This document shows, one piece after another, positions 41,801 through 56,800 of a stretch of 64,000 nucleotides of DNA. Each line of letters opens with the position of its first letter. The first letter of the stretch is position 1. This stretch comes from a bacterium. GTDB lineage: Bacteria; Electryoneota; Electryoneia; Electryoneales; Electryoneaceae. The position numbers were made by a program, and so were the translations under genes. The stretch is taken from positions 4,800,001-4,864,000 of the forward strand of contig OY769902.1 of assembly GCA_963669175.1 (NCBI GenBank). Reading direction: 5' to 3'. The notes under the pieces are model-generated. The model was given only the letters and a program-made list of their open reading frames with translations, searched no databases and was not told the DNA's origin.

Positions 41801-44800
41801 TCTGGTAGCCATCGTTTTGGTAAACGCAGATAATCCCATCGTTATATCCCGGAACGAAGACATCCTTGTCACCGTCTTCGTCGTAGTCGGCTACCCAAAC
41901 CTGCGGAATACCATTATAGTTTCCGGGCAGTGTAGACTGACTACTGAATGTTCCGCCTCCAGCATTTTCATACCAGGTAATGAAACCGGTCGCATCATTG
42001 TTTGCTGTCAGAACATCCAGATCGCCGTCAGCATCCATATCTTCTACAACGATGTCCTGGGCGAAGTTGAACGGATTCTGCAGATCATGCTGCGTCCAGA
42101 TATCGCCAGCGTCAAAGCCAGTGTTTTCCATCCAGCCGACAGCGCCGTGAGCTCCGACTGCGATATCCAGATCGCCATCATCGTCGATGTCACCGGCGTC
42201 CAGCGACAGGGGATTACTGTAGGTCGGAATGATGACAAACGTGAAGCTCGGAGGATACTGACCGTCACCAAGGCAAATGACCAGGCTGTCCCCGGTATTG
42301 GAGCCGACCGCAATATCCAACGCGCCGTCCAGGTTGAAGTCGCCAGTAGCAATTCCAGTCGCGCCAACGATCTCTTCTGTAACAGTAAGAGGTGTGTGGT
42401 TACCGGTCCCATCACCAAGGTACAGTTTGACCGTGTGATCATTCCGGCTGATAATCACAATATCTTCGACCAGGTCGTTGTTGAAATCACCAATCGCAAA
42501 TTCCGGTGGCGATGAAAGGTCCGTGTTGCCGGGAATTCCCCCATCATCCCAGAAACCGTTATTGTTGGTGAACCTTAGCGCCTTGTTAAAATCATCCAAA
42601 CCGGCAGCGCCGATGATGTCGATGTCACTGTCCTCGTCAAAGTCCATCGGCAGCATGTCGTTGTATTCGTTGTTGTCATTATCGATAACGCTCTTCGTCC
42701 AGAACATTTCCGAACCGACCGGTGGCTCATCCAGCTCAATGTCGAAGGTCCAGGTCTCGCCGGACGGTGTGATGTTGCCCTGGGTATCCATGGCACGCAC
42801 CCGCCATGAATAAGTCAGTTCATCCATCAACCCGGTAATGCGCAGACTGTCGTTGTCTGTGGTGGCCCAGTGCAGATCTGTGTTAAAGGTCGGATCGCTG
42901 GACCACTGAACGATATACACTTCCACAGAGTCGCCGACATCCGGGTCCGTAGTCAGATCCCAACTGACCACAACACTGCGTGACGCAAATTCTGACTGGT
43001 TCGCCGGGGCCGCGAGACTGAAGGGGTTGGGCGAATCAACATTCTCATAAATAAAGGAGAGGGTATCCTGCGCCCAGAGCTGATGCTGGTAGGTATTATC
43101 ACGTGCAATAACAGACCAGTAGGTGGTCTCACCTTCTTCCCAGCTATTATAGGTGTAGAAGGTGTCGGAAATTACCGTTGTCCAGACATTCGCCTGCCAG
43201 GTCGGGTCAGTTGTGTACTGGAGAACGTATTCAATCGTCTGCCCCGGATCCGGATCGGTTACTGTCTGCCAGGTCAGTTCAGTTGAATTGATGATGCTTC
43301 CATCTTCCGGTCCCAGGAGGGCAAACGGATAGGATTGTTCATACCAATAGGCGCCAAAGGCGATTTCAGATACCACGATGTCGATGTCACCGTCACCGTC
43401 AAGATCGGACCAGCGATTCGACATGCTCTGATGCCCGGACTGAACATCAATCTCCGATTGGGTAAAGGTATTTGTACCGTCGTTTGTGTAGAGATAGTAC
43501 GTGTTATCGATATACGATCCCGTCAGCAGGTCAAGATCATCATCTGCATCATAGTCCGCAGCGTCAATCATGCTTGGAGTGTCTACAGTCCCTGGCAAGG
43601 CGTAAGCTGTAAACGCAAAGTTGTCGTTGTTCTGTGCCCAGAAAACGGTACTGTTGCCGTTGTTTGCAACAAGAATATCCAGTTTACCATCATCGTTCAC
43701 ATCGGCAAGGTTCAGGCCACTGGGTGAGTTCACCGAAAGCGCTGTATGCTCTGTGAAACCAAATCCATCATACAGGTTATTCTCGGCGATGATGACATAC
43801 CCGGAACCGCCACTGCTTGTCTTCTGGATAACCAGGTCCAAGTCGCCATCCCGGTCCATGTCACCGGCAACAACCTTGTTGAAGTAGTAGTTATCCTCAC
43901 CATCCAGTATCAACTGGGAGCTGAAGGAAGGCGGATCTGTTCCATCATTTATCAACAGGACAGCGTCATTGGTACCTTCGTTTGTAACCGCGAGGTCCAT
44001 ATCGCCATCAAGGTCGAAGTCGCCTGCGATTGCACTGTTCGGCTGTGACAATCCAGCTAACAAAGGCTGACTCGTGCTGAAGTATCCTGAAGCGTCACCC
44101 CAGTAGATGTAAAGCCTGTTGTTGGATTTGTCTACAACTACAAAGTCGATATAGTCATCGGGATCGAGGTATACTGGCACTGCACCGTAGGTGGTACTAA
44201 GCGCCGTTCCATTGGGCACATCGTATTCGTTGAATACTCCACTGGCATTCTGGCGCAGCAGGTGGAAACGGTTTGCTTCATCGGTATCATGCGTTGTAGC
44301 GATATCAATATCGCCATCACCATCAACATCAACCGGTAAAGCATCCCTCAGCGATATCAACTCATCATTGAGCGTACTGCGACTCCAAACCATTTCCGGA
44401 CCACGCGGCGCATCCGGCACAGAGATATCGAAAGACCAGGTCTGGTCGGACCAGGTTTCATTCCCTTCATCATCAAACGCCAGCACCTTCCAGTACAGAG
44501 TCTGATCATCCTGCTGCCAGGGCAGAGTAAATGAGGTACCCGCCAGGATTACCGAATCCACATCAGCATCAAAGCTTGCGCTGAAGGACCAGAACAGGGC
44601 ATACAGGAAGGTCGGCGAATCGGGATCTTCCGTTTCGTTCCAACTCAGCTCAGGTGTATGAGTCGTAACCGTTGCTTCATTCGCCGGTGAAACCAGGCTG
44701 AAAGCATTGGGCGGATCGAATTCTGTCGTCGGGAAGTTTTCCCACAACTTCACAACATTGCCTGCGAATCCAAGACCGACAATATCGGCATCCATATCCA

Positions 44801-47800
44801 GGTCAAAGTCACCGGATATGATATCCGCAGCCCCGGTCAAACTTCCGATAGTCCTCATAGTAAAGCTGGGCGCCGGGTTTCCGTCATTTTCCCACCAGCG
44901 AATTTCACCGCTGCCCTGTGCCGCACCAAGAATGTCCACATCACCGTCGGCATCGAAGTCAAACGCTTTAACATCAGTCGCTTCCAGGAAACCGTTGGTA
45001 ATTGTTACACCGTTGGAGAAGTTTGGAGGTGTTGCGCCATCACTGGCCCACCACTTGATGTTGCCATCGCCATCGGAAGTAGTCAGGAGGTCGTTATAAC
45101 CATCTCCATCCACATCCGCGATGAAAACATGCTGAGTGTAGTTATTACTCGTGGTAACTGAGTGAGCACTGAAGTTGCCGCTACCATCGTTTTCGTACCA
45201 GGCAACATTGCCCCCTTCAGACTGCGCGCCTGCCAGGATATCTTTGTCACCATCACCGTCAATATCATCAATCGCCAGACTGAACGCGTTTGCCTGTGAA
45301 GCGACTAAATGGAATGTCCACGAAGGCGGACTTGCCTGGCTATGTTCATACCAGCCAACCTGGCCAGTGGTATAGGATGCAGCGACAATATCCGGATAAC
45401 TGTCCCCGTTCATGTCGACAGCACGTACTGAAAAGACATTGGGGAAGCCATCGTCAATAAAGTATTCGGTCCAGACGATTGGTGCGCCGGATCCATTCCT
45501 GAACCAGACCAGGTGATCCTGGCCAAGAGTCGAGTTGGAACAGCCTGCAACCAGGTCCGGACGACCATCTTGATCCACGTCCACGACAGACAGAGTCTGT
45601 ACCAGGTCCAGGCTGGTGGTTACATCCTGCGTTGTGAAAGAACCTGTACCATCATTGAAGTAGACACGAATCGTATTCGAACCATTCCAGGCTACCGCGA
45701 AATCAAGGTAACCATCACGGTTGAAGTCTCCCTTGACACCGTCTGATGCCATGACCAGTGAATTGTCAACGGTTGTTTCACCATTCGGGAATGTGGGACG
45801 GCCTGAATATTCAAGGTCACGAACGAAGACATACCTCAAAGATGCCGGTTCCAGCCTGCCACCATTCTGATCAACTGCCGTAACCGACCAGAACCAGGTG
45901 TTCATGTTGCTGAGGTTTTCCAGCGTAGCCGTTGTATCGTACACCAGCATGGAGTCCACGTTCAAGTCAAACGCGGCATTGGTGGCCCACTTGAGCCAGT
46001 AACCTATGTTGTCCAGTGGGTCAGGATCTGTAACCTCTTCCCATTCCAGCGTAACGGATTCGCCGTCGGACCATGATCCGACTGGCGGAGAAGTCAGCTT
46101 GAAGGTAGATGTGTTGCTGTTTACTACGAGTTCGTTCAAGCCTGCGTTAAACGTAATTACATCCTTGTAGCCGGTATCAAACAGGTCAGCAGTCGCAAAG
46201 ACACCATTGGTCTGTGTAACAGAAATACCGTAAACCTGGAAACCTGTCAACATGCCATCAAGGTTATACAAACAGTAGAGCACGTCACTTCGGTTAAAGA
46301 GCAGATCTTCGTGACCATCGCGATCAATATCAGCCGTCTCGATATCAGTATACCCTGTTCCTCCTCCAAACAAATGATGGTACGTGAAGTTCATACTACC
46401 ATCATTTTCCCACCATACCGAACCGCTGGTCGCTGGATTCACTCCGGCAATATGCCAGTTATCAGATCCATCAAGCTTGAGCATGCTGATGTCGGGAATA
46501 CTGGTTTGCGAATATTCGATCCCGTGCTCGATCATTTCATCACCAGTGCCCTCCATCCACCAGACACTCGGTTCGCCAGCGTCTGCCGTACCGTTACAGA
46601 CAATATCCAGGTAACCGTCCTGATCAAAGTCCAACACCTCGATATTGTCCACCGGCCAATCGGCGTGTATAAACTGGACGTTATCGCCGATGAAGAACAG
46701 GGAATCGTCGGTGCAACCCAGTACTAACTGAATACTACTGTTTCCCAGGAAATAGCCGACTTCAAAATCCGTAATCGGTCCGGGAACTTCTCCAACCGGA
46801 ACGCCGGTAAATGAACCTGCTCCATCGTTAACATAGGCGATGAGGTAGGGGAATGTATCCCTGCCAATCAAAATGTCGTCGATTCCATCTCCACTGATAT
46901 CACCAAGTTTTACAACGGTTGCGCTGGCCTCGGTGTCATCAATGAGATGATACGTCCATGTCTCTGAATCACTGTCATATTCGTACCAGCCAATCGTACT
47001 GTTTGTATACGAAACGGCAATCATATCCACATCGCCGTCAAAGTCTACATCCTCTGGCAACAGGTCTGAGGCAGCATTGAAGGCGCCCATGATACTGGAT
47101 GCAAATTCGGTTGTCCGTCCTCGCGGATCATTCGGCATGTTGATGGAGAAGCTCTCTTCGCTGTTAGCTTCCATTTCCAGGCCGCTTTCCGCGATAGCGG
47201 TAACATTCCAGTAGTAAAGGCTGTCGTCTTCCAGCCCCGCAAGGTAGAATGAGTCTGCCGGAGTATAGGCAACCTGCCAGGGATCGTACTCGTCACCCGT
47301 AGTCCACTGCACCTTGTAAGTGATGCCGCCAAAGCCCTGTGGGTCCATAGAACTCTGCCAGCGCAGCCAGGTTGAGGATTCCTGAATAACTGAGCCCGCC
47401 AATGGGTAGGTCAGGTCAAACCCGGTGGGCAGGAAATCGCTGGCATCGTTCTCCCACATACTCAGCTTGTTTTCAGACTTCGCTACCGCAAGAAAATCAA
47501 GATCAAGGTCGTTGTCGATATCGGCAAGGAGAACATCTTCCGGCCCACTATCAAATGCAGTATAGACAATACGTGTGAATTCCATATTGCCGTTGTTCCG
47601 GAATTCCATCACGAGATTATCCAGATTAGCACCGGCAAACAGGTCGATGTCACCGTCAAGGTCCGTATCGCCACCATAGACAACGCTGGCGCCGTTCAAT
47701 TGATCTTCGACCAGGTGGTATGTGAAGCTCTCTGATCCATCATTCTCGAACCAGGCGAGAACATCACTCACGAACGCAACAACGGCAAAGTCGACATCAC

Positions 47801-50800
47801 CGTCACCATCCATATCACCAGGCCAGATGCGAGACGGCCTGTTCAGAGAATGAGTAATGGCATGCGTGGTAAAGCTGCCTGAACCGTCGTTTTCATACCA
47901 GTTCAGATCATTGTTTGTTTCTCCTGTCGCCAGGATGTCCACATCGCCATCGTCATCCATGTCGACCGGTTCCAGAGAAGTCGCCCCTTCAAGTCCGGCA
48001 TCAATTGTCAATGTTGTCCAGGATGAGCCATTGCCATCATTACGGAACCAGATCAATTCTCCATCCGTGGCCTGGTTGGGAGATCCATTGATCGTCGCCG
48101 CCACGTCAATATCACCATCACCGTCAAAGTCAGCGCCTCGCGCATCTGTTGGCGAATTCAGAGTGCTGTTGATGGAATGGAAGGAGAAGGTTCCACCCTG
48201 GTTTTCCAGCCAGGCGACGGAACCGGCCGCGTTGGGCGCTCTGCCAACGAACAGGATATCATCGTAGGTATCGCCGTTGAGATCACTGACACAAACGTCA
48301 TTTTCAGAGCTTGTCAGGTTGTACAGAAGCTCCTGGCTGCCGAAATAGCCACCGTCGTTTTCGTACCAGACAACGCCATTGCTGGCGCCAGTCGCAACAA
48401 TATCAATGTCGCCGTCATGATCGACATCGCCTGTGCTGACTGCCGTGCCATAGTGCAAGTCCGCATCCACAACTGTCAGCGGATCATTCACGACACCATT
48501 AAGATTGAGGTATAAGCTGTGGGAAGTTTCCGATTCAATACCAAGTCCACTCGGATCATATGCTCTTACTTTCCAGTACCAGAAATTCCGGTCAGCGAGA
48601 TCGATCAGGACGCTCGAGGTATTGGTCAATCCTTCAGTAGAATCCACATTGGAGCTGAACGTGGGCGAGGTGGACCAGATCAGGGTATAGGTTACATCAT
48701 CACCATCCGGATCAATAGAAGCATCCCATGAGCAGGCGATACTGGTCATATCAGTGAGATACTCATCAGCAGGTGAAATTAGCGCAAAGGTAGCAGGCGC
48801 TGTATTGCTGATACCGCCCTGCAAGAACCAGTAGACACCGGCAGTTGTGGTTACCAGCATGTCATCATCACCATCGGCGTCTGCGTCAATTATCTGGATT
48901 TCCGTACAGTTTTCCCCACTCAGCAGGGGATGCCAGGTCATAACGCTGCCATCAATGTTTTCATACCACCCGGCCACCGCTTCATTCCAACTTCCGGCCG
49001 CGATATCAGTATCGCCATCTCCGTCAAAATCGCCGACATTTACACAAGAATAGGAACCACTGCTGAGTTGATGAGAATTGTAGAATGACAACCCGCCATC
49101 ATTTTCGAACCAGATCACCTGGCTACCATTGTAATCCGGGAAACTGCCTTCGCATGCAACCACGATATCTTTATAGGTATCCAAGTTGAAGTCTGCAACT
49201 GCAACGCTGTGTGGCGCTATCAACGTGGCAATATCCGTATAACCAAAGGTTTCGGCATCGTCATTCTGGAACCAGCCGAGGGTATTTCCAACATAATCCG
49301 GCACGATGATATCTACACCACCCGCGCCATCAAAATCGATCGCTTCGCAATCCCAGGGACCGCTCACATCCCCCGCGTTGCCAACCATGTATTCGGTGAA
49401 GTTTGGCGGTGTTGAGCCATCGTTTTCATACCAGTACACACCACTGGCAGTCTCAAAGGCCGCAATAATATCCAGGTCGCTGTCTTCATCCACATCCCTG
49501 ACTTCGACCCACTGACCGCTCGCGTGCGCACCTAACTCATGGAAAGTGAATGTGCCTGGTGCAGTCTGTTCATACCAACCAACATTTTCGGCAGAGAAGG
49601 AGATAACAGCTACATCGCCATCGCCATCGCCGTCAATGTCATCCACCCAGACGTTTTCGCCAAAGTAAGCATCGATGGTGTGTTCAGTGAAGTTGAAAGC
49701 GCCGTCATTCTCGTACCATGACAGGGAATGTGAGCTTTCCGAGATAACAACAGCATCCATATCGCCATCGCCATCCATATCGAATGGACTGGCGCCGGAA
49801 TGAGTCCCCGGGGTTTCCATAACCAAATACTCATCCAGCAGGACACCCTGGCCAAATTCAGTAGTGAAGGAACGTGCTTCAGATTCCGTCCAGTAGCCCT
49901 GCTCATCGACCGCACGTACTTTCCAGTAGTATGTGGTGAAGTCTTCCAGCGCATAGAGTGGATACTGAAGCTGATCAAGTTGATCAGCATACCCCACGCC
50001 AGTCGTGAATCCTGCATCTAACGCCCAGATCACGGTATAATCAACAGCCTGTCCCTGCGGGTCGATTGATTCTCCCCACTGAAGCGTGACAACGTCATAC
50101 CCGAATGTTTCACCGTTGGTGGGATAGACAAGTGCAGGTACACCAGGCGCCTGTTCCGGAGGTTCGGGGAAGTCATTCAGATAAAGCCTGATGGAATCCG
50201 TTTCCGTACCCACAAGGATATCCAGTGACCCATCATCATCCCAGTCAACCAGGTCCAGCGCAACCGGCGATCCAATCGAACCAAGAGACTCCCTGGTCCA
50301 ACTTAATCCGGTACCATCATTTAAATAGACCGCGACTTCATCAATATCATAGCCTGTGGCAACGATATCGAGATAGGCATCATCGTTAATCAAACCGGTA
50401 CGTACACGCTTGCCGCGCATTCCGGTATCGACCAAAACCGGAATCCAGGATTCATTTCTGTGCATGTAAACAACAAGGCCGGTTCCCGGGGTTGTGGAAA
50501 TCGCAGCCGCATCTGTCACGCCATCCTGGTCGAAATCGCCACCGGCAATATCGTATCCATTGACAAAAGTATCGCAAATGGTTTCAACGGTGAATCCGCC
50601 GGGCTCGTATTGTTCGTAGTATTTCAGGACATTTGATTCATCATAGCCGGACGTTACGACTTCCAGAAGACCGCTCAGGTTCCAGTCGCCGATATCCATC
50701 CCGTAAGCATCGCTTTCACCGATATCTGTCTGGGTCAATCCACCTTCGCCATCAGGTGAAAGTTGTGTAAGTGCACCCTCCAGTGTGGCAACGATATCCA

Positions 50801-53800
50801 TCGTGTTGTCAGCGTCAATGTCGACAAACTGGCATTCGAAGGTTCGGCTGCTGCTGATGCTTGTTGACTGATAGGAACCATCACCATTATTGGAATAGTA
50901 AGTATAGAAGCCAACAGCTTGAGTCTTGCCGGCGATTATATCTGTATCACCATCACCGTCGAAGTCTGCTGCATCAACTGAAGTTGCATGTGAAAGGTTA
51001 CCGACACTCTGGAAGGTGAGGAGGCCCTCGTTGTTGATATACCACTGAACCGAGTTGCCCGTGTAATCCGCGGTCAATACATCCAGATCGCCATCAGAAT
51101 CCTCGTCATACCCGACGAGATTGATTATATCACCACCATCATCTACCAGGTCCTGCTGGGTGAAGTGGGATACATCCATATTGAAGAAGTAGATCTGGCT
51201 CGATTGCTGTACATCGCCGCTTGGGTCTTCTGCCACAACCGTCCAGTAATAGGTTCCGTTTGCAAGACCGGTCAATGTGGCGGATGTATCAGAACCGACA
51301 CCTGTCCAGCCAACAGCCTGGGCAAAGGTTGCCAGCGGCGAATAGAACACAGTGTAGCTGGCAGTTTCGCCGTCAGGATCGGATGAACGATCCCAGGTAA
51401 GTGTCACTTCTGAAGTTGTGATGGTTTGATCCGGATACGGTGTTGCCAATTCCGGAATGGATGGCGGGGCGCCATTAACTTCGTCGGTCAGGTTTTCCCA
51501 CCAGTAAACTGCATTGTCCCCAAAGGAAGAAGCCGCAATATCGGCGTCACCATCGGAATCGAAGTCATCAATAACAATATCCATCGGGGAAGCAATTCCG
51601 CCGATGTTATGGGCAGTATACTGGTAGTCCGGCGATCCGAGATTCTCATACCAGTAGACTGAGTTCTGGCTTGGCCACAGAGCGACAATGTCAACGTCGC
51701 CATCTTCGTCAACATCATAAGCTGCCGCCCTGCTGATCCCTGTAGTAATATCATAACAGAGAATCTGATCAACACCAAAGTCGGCATTCCCGGATTCATA
51801 ATACTGGATTGTCATCTTCCCTTCTTCAGGATTAATCAGAAGGGCGTCCAGGAAACCATCCTGGTTCATATCAACCAGGTCACACCAGGTCACACTGGAT
51901 TGCAAGCCATTCGTTGACTGCAGTTCACTAAATGTGCCATCGCCATAATTTTCAATCCAGGCAACAGCAGGGTAATCATTACCACCAAGAAGAATATCCT
52001 CATCACCATCGTTGTCGATATCACCGGCAGCCCCGTACTGGCATCGATAATCTTCCACCAGGTAGTGCTCTATATACTGGGGAACACCATCGATAGACCC
52101 GATGTTCTCCTGCCAGTACACATCGGTAATTTCCATCGAGCTGTTATGAATGATATCCCAGTCGCCATCGAGGTCAAGGTCTGCAACGGCGACAAAAGTA
52201 GGAGCAAATGCGAAAGCAACATCAAAATCATAGAAACTCATCTGACCACTGCTTATGAACTGGTGAACCAGCCCTACTTCGCCCCCCAGCTCATCGGCAA
52301 TAACAATATCTGGCTGGTTGTTGAAATCCAGGTCAATGATTGCAGGATCCCAGGGCATTGCCATAGAACCTGAAATGGCATCCAATGTCATGGCCATATT
52401 GTCATTGGTATAGGCATGCAGATAGCCTTCATCCTGGCTGGTAACCAGGAGGTCTCTGTCGCCATCGAGATCGATATCACCTGCCGTCAGATAGCCTGGC
52501 GCAGTTGCCGTAAACATGGTCTGCATGGCGAACAACCCGGTCCAGGTAGTGAAGGAAAGCGTATCGCTGGCCCAAGTCATCCCTGTCGACAGGCCATCAG
52601 TGGCCAATACCGTCCAGTGATAGGTCTGGCCGTTTGCAAATTCAGACAGATCTATGGGATACGAATAGCTGTAGACATGAATACTATCCCGATCCGCGGT
52701 CATATCCGGTGAGGTTGACAGGTAGAGCCACCAGGAGAGTGGATCTCCATCCGGATCACCCAGGTTTTCCCAGTTGAATGTTACCGGATCATCTGTGACA
52801 ACAGCCTCATCAAATGGTGAAATCAGGGCGAAATTCCGTGGAGCGTTGTTCGGCGGATCCAAGTCATTCTCGAGGACATAAATGGTGTAGATATCCCCAT
52901 ATCCCCCGGCATAATCACCGAAGAACAGGTCGATATCGCCATCCGAATCGGCATCGCCATGAACAGCCATTTGCGCTGTTCCACCCATTACCATGCCTGC
53001 CATATGCGGTACCCAGGCAGAACCGGAGAGGCTCTGATACCAGACAACAAAAGGCGCCGCAGGTGAAGCAGAATAAGCATCCAGGTAACCATCACCATCA
53101 AGATCAGCTACGCCTATGCTGTTCATGTACGGCATTTCAGCGAAGAAATTCTGGGTGAAACTTTCATTTCCATCGTTTTCCAGCCAGTACATGTATCCTT
53201 CAGAGTCATACTCGGCGACAACGATATCCATGTCGCCATCATCATCCATATCCCCGACAGCCAGTCCCTGAGGCATCGAAAGCGAAGAAGATGGGAGTAC
53301 CTGGTAATAGGAGAATGAACTGCCATTGCTGTTCTGCAGCCAGGCCACGGTTTCGTAACCGTAATCCGTCAGAACGATATCGTTCCAGCCATCTCCGTCC
53401 AGATCTTCGATAACAACAGTGTTGGGAATGCTGATGTTGTAGTCAAGCGATGTGCCCGAGAAGTTGCCGGAGCCATCATTCATCCATCTCGTGAAGGAAC
53501 CACCCATCGCGGTTGTAACCAGGTCGGGATACCCGTCGTTGTCCAGGTCGCCCGTATCAATAGATCGAACTGTGTACTCTCCTTCAATCTGCGACGGGGT
53601 AAATGTCATGTCCTGATCGTTGGTGTACAGGAACATTCCTGAAGCGTCATCTGAAGTCGCAACAATATCCGGGTAGCCATCCTGGTTGACATCCACCGCT
53701 TTAACAAAACGGCCGCTTGGCAGGGAAGGTGTTACCTGAACGTCTGCGTAGCCACCCTGACCATCATTCACATAGACCAGGACATAACCGACCAGGCCCG

Positions 53801-56800
53801 CCGGGTTTGTTGCAACAACATCCAGCCAACCGTCCTGGTTAAAGTCGGCGACATCAATAAACGCGGTCGAATCCTGTTCGGCTTGCACAATAGATTGCGC
53901 AAAACTGATGGATGGATCTTCGATTGTGAAAGGATCGCTACTGACAAAATCACCAGACGGAGAAGCCGTGACAGTAATGACATAATCGGATGCTGCGACA
54001 ATTGTATAGTCGTTCATCAATTCCGAGACGTTCCAGGGATACACACCATCTTCAACAGCGATGTCTGAAACCATCGGTGCATCGCTGACTTCTCCCCCAC
54101 TCAGGGTAAAGGTCAGCAGGTCACCCGTAGCCCCGCCGGTCCAGGTAATGGGAACAGTCTGGTCAAAGACGAAGGTTTCACCGCCAGTGGGGTAGGTAAG
54201 CGTAAGAGGATCGTAATCCCCGTTCCAACCGCCTTCCGTATAAATGGCTTCCACCTCGGCAGCGGTCAGCACATCATTGTAGAACCGAACCCCATCAATG
54301 GCGCCGTTGAAGAATTGCATGGCGCCATTACCGTCATCCGAAGTCGCGCCAACGACAAAGTCCGAAGATCCGGTACCCGGTGCGAAGCCGAAGGTATCGG
54401 AAGCATCCAGAACGCCATCAACATACAACAATACCGCACCTGTGCTACCATCAACTGTAGCGGTAACCAGATGCCAACGGTCGAAGCTGACAGGATTAGA
54501 CCCGCCAACAGTACCGGATGCGGCGTTGTTCTGGCTTTCGATATGCACACTCGGGAAACCTTCACCGTCGATGCAGAGACGGAAGGGATCATAAGGCGGG
54601 TTGGTTCCGGAACCACACGTGGACATGATGTAGTTGAAACTGGCATCCGGCAGGGATTCGACTTTCACCCAAGCCGAAGCAGACAGGCTGGTGGGATAAA
54701 ATGCCGCATCGTATGACGTGCGGATCTGGTCATCCGTACCATCGAAATAATAGGCGGCGTCAGTATTGCCGAAACGGTCTTCAACCAGAACCGGGCCACC
54801 GTATTCAGTGGCGTGGCGTTCGTGCCCGCTTGCGTCGTCTGCATCTCCGCTGTAGGGGTAGAAAGCGACCAGATTGATATAAGGGTTGTCTTCAATCGTG
54901 AATGACAACGTATCACTGGCCCAGGTATCGCCACCTATATAACCATCACTCGCCAACACAGTCCAGTAATAAGTCTGGTCAAGAATCATGGTGTCGATGG
55001 CGATTGAGATGTATTCAACATCCGTTGAAATACTGTCACGATCTGTCAACAGATCAGATGTGGTTGAGAAATACACCCACCAGGTGAGGGCATGCCCGTC
55101 CGGGTCACTGTTGTCTTCCCATGTGAAGGAATGTGGGCTATCGGAAATAGTAGCGCCATCAGCCGGACTGATCATGGAAAAAGCTGTCGGCGCGTTATTC
55201 ACCGGATCCAGATCATTTTCATAGCTGTAGATGGTGTACCCCTGCCCCCCACCCATGCTATAATCACCCAGGAACAGATCGAGGTCGATATCATTGTCCA
55301 TGTCACCGGCAGCCATCCAGACCGGCATGCCCATAATGGCGGCTTCGCCTGCCGCATGAGCTACCCATGTAGTATCGCCAAGCCCTTGGAACCACAAGGG
55401 TATGGGCGCGGACGTGGAGGTTCCGTAAAAATCCGGAATCCCGTCCGCATTCAGGTCGGCAATCCGGAAACAGAACATGTTCGGTACAGCCATGATCATA
55501 TGTGGTGTAAAATTCTCTGAACCATCGTTTTCCATCCAGAAGGGGCCGCCTGTTTCGGCCATAAGCACCAGGCTTATGTCCAGGTCGCCGTCCTGATCCA
55601 AGTCCGCCACATCGGGTGATACCAGGTAGGGGATTTCCAGGCCCGCAAGGAGATCATGCTGCGTGAAGACCTGCCCGCCGCTATGGGAATACCAGTACAT
55701 CGTAAGATTGGAAATGTCAGTCACCAGGATATCCTGGTAGCCGTTTTCATCCAGGTCGGCTACGGCCACGCTGTAAGGCATACCGAGACCACTGGCAACC
55801 TCTGTATAAGAGAACGTCTCGCCATCATCATTCAACCAGAGATCCAGTGTTCCCTGATCAGGATTAGCAGCCACGATATCCGGATAGCTGTTCCCGTCAA
55901 AATCGCCAGTGGCAATACTTTCAGAGGCATACTCCGCTGCAATTTCCAATGACGTGAAAGTGGTATCATGGTTGTTGTAATAGGCGTGTAAACCGAAACT
56001 AAACTCTGTTGATGCAACGATATCCGGGTAGCCATCCTGGTTCAAGTCTACGGTATGGATGAACCGTCCGTTCAGTAACGAGTTTGTAACTTCGTTTTCC
56101 GAATAGCTTCCATCACCATTATTTAAATAGAGGTAGATATAGCCGTCGTTGCCTGCAGGATTTGTGGCAACCACGTCCAACCAGCCATCCTGGTTAAAAT
56201 CACCCACGTCAATAAATGCGGTGGAGTCATGCTCCATCTGGACAATACCGCCAGCAAAGGAGATGGGGATATCGGTAATGGAAAATGTACCGCTGTTGGC
56301 TGAAATACGGGAACCATTCTCAACGATAGTAATCACGTAATCCGATGCCGCAATCGTCTCGGTTTCGTTGAGTGCGTCGGGAATTGACCAGTTGTACGGC
56401 GCTGAATTGACCGACACTCCTGACTCGATTACTTCACCACTGAAGTTCCCCCCGCTGACCATGATGGTCAGGGTTTCACCAGGCGTCGCATTGGACCAGG
56501 TTATCGGGATGAGCTGATTAATGACGAAGCTTTCGCCGCCGATGGGATAATTAACGGTGATGTTTTCGTTAAGTTCGCCGCCTGTTGTATTTTCCCACAT
56601 GGCGATGGCGTTGTCCAACCGCGCCGCGCCCAGCACATCATTGTCACCATCGTTATCGATATCGTCAGCAAAAACACAACGTGCTCCGTTGAAAGTATTG
56701 CTCAGTACATGCTCTGTCCAGTTTTCTACATTATTGGTACCGTCATTCTCCCACCAGGCAACAGTGTTATCCGTAATAGCCGCACCTAGAATATCAACAT

